Source: a candidate division WS1 bacterium
GTDB taxonomy: Bacteria > Armatimonadota > Zipacnadia > Zipacnadales > UBA11051
Assembly (NCBI GenBank): GCA_012518355.1
Contig: JAAYSP010000072.1
Coordinates: 7,644 to 71,643, forward strand
Length of the DNA stretch: 64,000 nt
Direction: 5' to 3'
Shown: in pieces, positions 58,279 through 64,000 of the stretch
How positions within the stretch are numbered: position 1 is the first letter of the stretch
Layout of the letters: every line of letters begins with the position of its first letter
Made by a program: the position numbers and the translations under genes
The notes under the pieces: model-generated
What the model was told of the DNA's origin: nothing
Database searches by the model: none
Seen by the model: the letters and a program-made list of their open reading frames with translations, nothing else

Positions 58279-59670
58279 CTACTGCCGATTAATCGCGCTT
58301 GATGTCAAAGCGCGCTGGCGCAGCCTATCATCCCACCGAGCAAGCGCGCGCCAGTCCTCCTGGAGAGAGTACTCTGAGAACCACTCCTCGGTGTACTCAT
58401 GCCCGGCCATCTGCAAGAGTTGTGCGTCCTGCAGCCCCAGAAACAGCCGCTCGGCAGCAAGTGACATCCGTACCTGCTCACCTACATGGAAGAGGCTGGT
58501 CGTGGCGCTCTGTTCCTGCATGTCCCCCGTGGCGTCCGAATCCTGCGTACCATCTGCTACGACATCACCAAATGATGAGCTGACTACAATCCCATCAAGC
58601 CCGAGATAGTACGCCAGGGGCCCTGCAGCATAGGAATAGACAGCGGGAAGGCCATTCTGTATGCTGGGGCCGTCATCACCGGGGTCCAGAAAACCCCACA
58701 CAGTCTTGCCCATAGAGCGCAACTTGTCCACGGTCTTCGGGGATGGCTCAGTCAATCCCTGCAAAGGTAGCGCCACACGGTCCACCTGGTCAGCCAATTC
58801 CAGCGCAGTCTCCGCACTGTCCACCGTGACCCCTATGCGACAGTCGGGACTGTGGGAGCGCAGAAGTCCTGCAGCGTGGGCAAAACGTCCGACATCTTCC
58901 GTCTCCGCTGGGCGGTCTGTCGGCCACACGTAGATGTCGGACGGTGACGCTACATGCCGCCAATGCCTGGCCAAAGCCTCACCGAAAGCTGCCCACGCAT
59001 CATCGAACATCTCCTCACCAGGCTCAGCCGTGACTGTCTGAAGCTCGCCAGCCTCGTCGAAATAGTGAACCTGCGTAGGCTCTCCAGTACCGAACATCCC
59101 AAGATAACTGGTAGGCCCGTCAATTCCGCAGTCATGGCACAGTCTTCGAAATCGGTCCAGTCGTGTGAAATCAAACTGCCACTGCCCATCCGCGACACGC
59201 CGCCAGTCACAGAAAGCCCGCCCCACCTGTGCAGACTGCACTCCCAGGGTTGCAAGGGCCATCATGTAAGCCTCAGCCGTGGCCCACCATGGTTCGGTGA
59301 AGAGCGCCGCGCCCTGACTGTGGCCTAACAAAGACCATGGCTGCCAGACCTCCAATCCCAGAGACCAATCAGACGGGTTGGGAAGCAGCACATCGTGGAC
59401 ATGAACCGTGAACGGAAAATGACCACATGGGGTACCATCAGCAGAGAACTCGAGGGCACTTGTGTAGACGCCTGGGGTGGCATCAGAAGGCACAGCAACT
59501 CGAAGCCACAGCACTGTATCCTGCGTGCTGCTAACAGACACCCCCTTTGGCCCGATGTCACACAGCATCACCGCCGTTGCCGCACGCCCATTCGGAACTT
59601 CTGCCGGAGATCTGACTTCGTACAGCTCTACGTGTCGCCGTGCCAGGCTTTGGCCATCAGGGCCGTGCAT
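58279..59670 (-). CDS. hypothetical protein, Trp-rich glycoside-hydrolase-like/DUF4091-like (tentative); possibly the C-terminal part of a frameshifted larger gene
   Basis: ORF begins 18 bp after the stop of the upstream CBM9-like ORF, in another frame, without an SD. Confidence 0.5.
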   Translation of the reverse strand: MHGPDGQSLARRHVELYEVRSPAEVPNGRAATAVMLCDIGPKGVSVSSTQDTVLWLRVAVPSDATPGVYTSALEFSADGTPCGHFPFTVHVHDVLLPNPSDWSLGLEVWQPWSLLGHSQGAALFTEPWWATAEAYMMALATLGVQSAQVGRAFCDWRRVADGQWQFDFTRLDRFRRLCHDCGIDGPTSYLGMFGTGEPTQVHYFDEAGELQTVTAEPGEEMFDDAWAAFGEALARHWRHVASPSDIYVWPTDRPAETEDVGRFAHAAGLLRSHSPDCRIGVTVDSAETALELADQVDRVALPLQGLTEPSPKTVDKLRSMGKTVWGFLDPGDDGPSIQNGLPAVYSYAAGPLAYYLGLDGIVVSSSFGDVVADGTQDSDATGDMQEQSATTSLFHVGEQVRMSLAAERLFLGLQDAQLLQMAGHEYTEEWFSEYSLQEDWRALARWDDRLRQRALTSSAINRQ

Positions 59671-59687
59671 ATCCGCGGCAGAGGCTG

Positions 59688-61145
59688 TTATTCGGCGCGA
59701 GGCCGTCGAGAAAAAGGGGCCATCACCAACTGCATAGCGGCCCGACTGTTGCGCGCGGCATGAAGGCGCGCCAGGGTGAACGGTCGGCTTGCTCCGGGGG
59801 TGGTGTCCGGGTCAGCCAGCACTGGTATGGCATGGATTTGCAACCCGGCAGTATGGGTCTGAATATGAGCATCCAATTGCTCTCTGAATTGATGGGCATC
59901 GGCCGTTACACTGAGCAGTTCGGCCTCCAGTTGTGCCAGCTCATCAGTGGTCATCCCCCGCCTCTGCGTCCGGTACCTATCGTTGAGTGTCCACCACTGC
60001 TCCAGTAGCTCAGTCAACTGTTCGCCGCTCTCCTGCTTGAATGCAGATTCATCCAGCACTGACCACACACGCAAGGCGCCAGCCAGTGCTGTCTCCAAAT
60101 CCCCCAACGCCATTCCCACTGGCGGCAGCATCACCGGATACGGCGGAGTGCGACTGATGGTTCGACCCTCGGCATCGGTCAGTGAAAACTGGACCAGATT
60201 AGCTCCATCTTGAGCGATTCTATAGGGCACCCTCACCGTCTCAGTCTTACCTGGTGTGATGCTGATCTTCTCGGCCCCATAGTAATCGCCGTAACTTGTC
60301 GGCGCAATCAGGCGTACGTTTGCCTTGCCGGTAAATGTCGCAGCACTGTTGTTTTTGACGGCCAGCACCGCGGTATTTTCGCCCAGACTGCGAACACCCA
60401 TAGTGGCCATCTTCATGCTGGCAGACTGGGGCATAAACATGAGCTTTCCGAGACTCTCAAATTCGTGGAAATCTCTCAGTATTCTGGTCGAACAGCTTTT
60501 CTCATCCATATGTGGCACGAATCGGCCTGCAGCAAATCCCCAGACGGCCCCCGGTGATGGGGCAATAGCACCTTCAAAAGGCAGTGTCAGCTCTGCCGAC
60601 CATCCCGACTCCACTGTGGCGGTTTTGACCTCCCAACGGTAGTCAACTGTACTATCATGATCGAGAGCATCATAGCGTGTGCCTGCGGGGTTAATAGCAA
60701 GATGAATGTATTTGTCACCGGTGTCACTCGGATCGAAAAATAGCTGGAGACAGTCGTCTTCACAAACCAGGCCGTCGCGGACGGTGGCCTCTGACTTGAT
60801 CTTATCGGGCTCAGGATCGTGCATGATGGCACCAATGTATAGCTGTTCGTCATCATATCCAACCCATATTTCAGTCTGGGTCTTCGGCTCACTCTGCCCG
60901 CCCAGCAAGATTAAGCCACTCATGGCCCCAGCGCCGGCCCACTCTTCGGGCTTGACCAACCCATCTATAGTAGGAGGATGAGGCATGACTGGAGCAGTGA
61001 CCAACGGAGGTGTGAAAAAGACCCTCTGTTGGGCTTGGGCTGTGTGGAATGGAATTAGGATGATAGCTAAAGCGACTGCGACTATACTGTAGCGCACTTG
61101 TCGCACCTCCCCATAGCGGGCTGATGCCCGATTCATTTGCTGCAT
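59688..61145 (-). CDS. secreted protein with CBM9-like (DOMON-like) carbohydrate-binding domain
   Basis: Signal peptide; WVGYDDEQLYIGA...DCLQLFFDPSDTGDKYIHLAINPAGTRYDA resembles CBM family 9. Confidence 0.5.
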   Translation of the reverse strand: MQQMNRASARYGEVRQVRYSIVAVALAIILIPFHTAQAQQRVFFTPPLVTAPVMPHPPTIDGLVKPEEWAGAGAMSGLILLGGQSEPKTQTEIWVGYDDEQLYIGAIMHDPEPDKIKSEATVRDGLVCEDDCLQLFFDPSDTGDKYIHLAINPAGTRYDALDHDSTVDYRWEVKTATVESGWSAELTLPFEGAIAPSPGAVWGFAAGRFVPHMDEKSCSTRILRDFHEFESLGKLMFMPQSASMKMATMGVRSLGENTAVLAVKNNSAATFTGKANVRLIAPTSYGDYYGAEKISITPGKTETVRVPYRIAQDGANLVQFSLTDAEGRTISRTPPYPVMLPPVGMALGDLETALAGALRVWSVLDESAFKQESGEQLTELLEQWWTLNDRYRTQRRGMTTDELAQLEAELLSVTADAHQFREQLDAHIQTHTAGLQIHAIPVLADPDTTPGASRPFTLARLHAARNSRAAMQLVMAPFSRRPRAE

Positions 61146-61216
61146 CTTGCCAGGTGGCGAAACACCGAAAATAGGAGTACAACCGTCTCTGGCACTGTTG
61201 CTGAGGCCCACACTAT

Positions 61217-61891
61217 TTATGAGACCAACACTTCCTTGACGTCTTCAAGCACTTCCAGATGCTGGCACATGGGTTCCAGCAGCATAGAGTCGGCCATCTG
61301 AATACGCACAGACATTCGGCGTAACTGTCCCGGCTTGCAGGGGTCAAATTTGACGCTGCTAATGTTTGCACCGTGCTGACGTATGGTTTCAAGGATAGCG
61401 GGCAGAGTTTCAGGATTATCTCGTGTGACCAATTCCAATTGAACAACACCACTACGTGACATAACCACTTGTGCAAACCAGTCCACAACTGCTAAGGTGA
61501 GTATGCCGATGACGGTAGTGAAAACCGCCGGTGCATACCAGCCGACTCCGCATGAAAGCCCTATCGCTGCCACCATCCACAGCGATGCGGCAGTTGTCAG
61601 CCCACGCACCACGTTGCCGTAGCGCATGATGGTACCAGCACCCAAAAAACCAATGCCGGACACTACTGACGCGGCCACGCGTGAAGGATCGCCTTCGCCG
61701 ATGCTAACACCAGTCACCGCAGCGGCTGAGATGATACCAAAAAGTGCAGACGCTACGCAGACGAGGATGTGCGTACGCAACCCGGCTGGCCGATGGTGCC
61801 ATTCTCGCTCCAAACCCATAAGCCCGCCGAGCACGAACGCTACTACCAACCGCAATATAAGAGTGCCATAAGCATCAGGCGCAAGATCCAT
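61217..61891 (-). CDS. MgtC/SapB family membrane protein
   Basis: MgtC N-terminal signature (LGGLMGLEREW). Confidence 0.8.
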   Translation of the reverse strand: MDLAPDAYGTLILRLVVAFVLGGLMGLEREWHHRPAGLRTHILVCVASALFGIISAAAVTGVSIGEGDPSRVAASVVSGIGFLGAGTIMRYGNVVRGLTTAASLWMVAAIGLSCGVGWYAPAVFTTVIGILTLAVVDWFAQVVMSRSGVVQLELVTRDNPETLPAILETIRQHGANISSVKFDPCKPGQLRRMSVRIQMADSMLLEPMCQHLEVLEDVKEVLVS

Positions 61892-62116
61892 AACACCGTG
61901 GGTCCTTTCGTGGTGTATACATCTTTCGCCATTGCATGGCCATCACCTGCATACCCAGCAACTCAATGGTGATGGCCCATCCTGGCAGCGAAGCGGAACG
62001 TATGTGCAGCAACTGTTGTTGATAATTCTTGGACGAATACAGGGGCCAGCATGCGACTTGCCCAGGCAGGTCCTGCGCTGCCGGTCCGTTTTTTACCAGT
62101 GAAAAGAGGGAGCGTA

Positions 62117-63295
62117 GTGTCTGACAGTATCGAACGTATCGATTTCCCCGAACATGAAAATCCTGTAACTGTGTTTTCGGGCCCAGGGGCAATTGGGCAG
62201 GCCGCCGGACTGTTGGCTGATTTGGGCGCACAACGGGTGATGATCGTCTGTGGTCAGACAGTCGCTGGGCTGCCAGCCGCCAAGGCACTTGCTGACAGCG
62301 CCAAAGCCAACGGCGCCGTCAGAGTGTTCGATCAGGTTGAGCCAGACCCATCAGACGTGACTTGTGCCGCAGGTGGTACTGCAGCCCGAGACTTTGGCGC
62401 AGAGGCTATCGTAGGCATCGGTGGAGGCAGTAGTATGGATGCGGCCAAAGCGATCGCCGCGGAGGCGATTCAAGCCGGTTGGACGCAATCACAAGACAAT
62501 CCAGGGCAACCTACTGAAGTAGACTTTGAACCCTTGCCCACCATCCTGATCCCCACCACTGCGGGAACCGCATCCGAGGTGACGCCATTTTCGGTGATCA
62601 TCTACACCGAAACCAAGCGTAAACTTGTGCTGAGCCACCCCAAACTATATGCCAAATACGCTCTGTTAGACCCGGAATTGCTGAGTACTTGCTCACCCCA
62701 GGTGCGCATGGCTGCCGGGATGGACGCTCTGACCCACGCTATCGAATCGTATGTCAGTAAGCAGGCTACAGAACAGACCCGTCGCAGGGCTTTGGAGGCC
62801 ATCCGTATGCTCGCACCGCATCTTGTGCGCGCTGTGGAGGCCCCCGGAGACATGGCAGCTCAACAGCAAGTGCAAGAAGGTGCGATGATTGCGGGACTGG
62901 CGTTCTCCAAGAGCCGTCTCGGCATCGTCCACGCTATGGCACTACCGTTATCAGCGCTATTCCAGGTCCCACATGGAGTGGCAAATGCATTGCTCTTACC
63001 ATACGGAATGCGTTTCAACGCAGAAGCCGCAGCACCACTCTATGCGGACATCGCCGAGGCTTGCGGCATCGAGATTTCCGGCTTAACAGCTTCGCAAGCC
63101 GCAATCACCCTGATCGAACATGTCGAACAGCTAGGCAGGGCTATCGGCGCACCTACACGGATGGCCGAAGTTGGAGTAGAGGAGGCTGCGATTCCTCAGA
63201 TGGCCCAGGACGCGATGCCTAGCGCCCATATCGCCTGCAATCCCCGCACGCCTGGTATGGATGACCTGATCGAGCTATACACGGAAGCCTACTAA
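62117..63295 (+). CDS. iron-containing alcohol dehydrogenase family protein (second paralog)
   Basis: GGGSSMDAAKAIA and His-rich metal site; GTG at 62117 after AGAGGGAG (the ORF-track start at 62051 has no SD). Confidence 0.8.
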   Translation: MSDSIERIDFPEHENPVTVFSGPGAIGQAAGLLADLGAQRVMIVCGQTVAGLPAAKALADSAKANGAVRVFDQVEPDPSDVTCAAGGTAARDFGAEAIVGIGGGSSMDAAKAIAAEAIQAGWTQSQDNPGQPTEVDFEPLPTILIPTTAGTASEVTPFSVIIYTETKRKLVLSHPKLYAKYALLDPELLSTCSPQVRMAAGMDALTHAIESYVSKQATEQTRRRALEAIRMLAPHLVRAVEAPGDMAAQQQVQEGAMIAGLAFSKSRLGIVHAMALPLSALFQVPHGVANALLLPYGMRFNAEAAAPLYADIAEACGIEISGLTASQAAITLIEHVEQLGRAIGAPTRMAEVGVEEAAIPQMAQDAMPSAHIACNPRTPGMDDLIELYTEAY

Positions 63296-63329
63296 ACTCG
63301 ACTGATCTGCCGGAGGAGAATTGAGAGAC

Positions 63330-64000
63330 GTGGAAGAGCACAGAGAACTAGCCATGCAGCTCATCGGCGAGATCGAGAAGGTGATTGTAGGGAAACGACA
63401 TGCCATCGAACTGGTCATCATAGGCTTTCTGTGTCGGGGACATATCCTGATAGAAGATATACCCGGCCTGGGCAAGACCATGCTGGCTCGGGCACTTGCC
63501 AGGGCCATCGAGTGCGATTTCCGCCGCATCCAGTTCACCCCTGATCTGCTCCCTGCTGACATCACCGGAACTACAGTGTATGACAAAAGCAATGGCAAAT
63601 TCAGTTTCCGCCAGGGGCCCATTTTCGGCAATATAGTACTGGCTGATGAGATCAACCGCGCCACCCCCAAATCGCAGGCGTCGTTGCTTGAGAGTATGGA
63701 AGAGTTCCAGGTTAGTGTGGATGGCGCCACCCACCAGCTACCAGATCCGTTCTTCGTCATCGCCACCGAAAATCCCATAGAATACGAAGGGACCTACTCT
63801 CTGCCGGAAGCGCAATTGGACCGTTTCATTTTGAAGGTGCGCCTGGGCTACCCCACGCCGGACGATGAAGTCACCATCATGCAGCGTCAAATTCTGGAGC
63901 ACCCCATACAGACCGTCCAGCCTGTTGTGGGAGTTGACGAGGTGCATCAGATGCAGGACGCGGTACGCCAGGTGCATGTAGACGACTCACTTCACCGCTA
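63330..64000 (+). CDS. MoxR-family AAA+ ATPase (N-terminal 223 codons; continues beyond the window end)
   Basis: Walker A GLGKT, DEINRA Walker B and FxVxATxNP sensor motifs; absent from the ORF track because it has no in-window stop. Confidence 0.8.
   Translation, partial: MEEHRELAMQLIGEIEKVIVGKRHAIELVIIGFLCRGHILIEDIPGLGKTMLARALARAIECDFRRIQFTPDLLPADITGTTVYDKSNGKFSFRQGPIFGNIVLADEINRATPKSQASLLESMEEFQVSVDGATHQLPDPFFVIATENPIEYEGTYSLPEAQLDRFILKVRLGYPTPDDEVTIMQRQILEHPIQTVQPVVGVDEVHQMQDAVRQVHVDDSLHR

Noticed and set aside
63275-63778. 167-aa reverse-strand ORF
   Set aside because: It is antisense to the MoxR ATPase gene, which has clear AAA+ motifs.

Overview
This is a 64 kb, high-GC (about 58%), gene-dense bacterial chromosomal segment. 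I call about 58 protein-coding genes, six tRNAs, one riboswitch, several promoters and terminators, and two repeat features. There is no CRISPR array, rRNA, transposase, integrase or recognisable prophage.

RNA genes and the riboswitch:
- A five-tRNA operon at 1904-2372 (Leu-GAG, Val-CAC, Gly-CCC, Gly-GCC, Cys-GCA) sits behind a perfect TTGACA-17-TATAAT promoter.
- A solitary tRNA-Asp on the reverse strand (51913-51991) has its own promoter and a palindromic terminator.
- A T-box riboswitch leader (complement 8702-9018) carries the canonical AACCAGGGTGGTACCGCGG box and an intrinsic terminator. It lies in front of a Geobacter-type citramalate synthase gene (cimA), and an AUC-A specifier candidate fits isoleucine.

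Repeats:
- Nine tandem 20-bp degenerate repeats (9071-9250) abut the -35 element of the T-box promoter.
- A roughly 93-bp direct duplication (45521-45613 and 45870-45962) covers the 3' ends of two convergent genes.

Main coding content:
- A pyrophosphate-type phosphofructokinase and the rnpA-yidD-yidC-jag cluster (no rpmH or dnaA).
- Three consecutive membrane-anchored PBS-lyase HEAT-repeat proteins (21693-26028), bordered by a 1.3 kb gene-free, lower-GC region.
- A GAF histidine kinase with no response regulator, followed by an Fe-alcohol dehydrogenase, an LpxC-family deacetylase, a DegT-family aminotransferase, a Gfo/Idh/MocA oxidoreductase (a GnnA/GnnB-like 3-amino-sugar module) and FolE2.
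- An Fpg glycosylase, an APC permease fused to two USP domains, two thioredoxins, a UroD-family protein and a TauE exporter.
- An ECF transporter with the S, A and A' components fused in one 859-aa protein, plus its T component and a divergent roughly 700-aa polytopic membrane protein.
- An ABC-2 exporter with an accessory protein, a RecD2 helicase, a possibly frameshifted CBM9-like secreted protein pair, MgtC, a second Fe-ADH, and a MoxR AAA ATPase truncated at the window end.

The T-box, RecD2, UroD/MtaA-like protein and archease content is compatible with a Chloroflexota-like or other deep-branching lineage, but the LpxC plus GnnAB-like genes would fit a diderm better. I cannot resolve taxonomy from sequence alone.

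All functional calls come from reading motifs in the translations; no database search was run. Start codons are approximate, because the supplied ORF track reports TTG and GTG as M.
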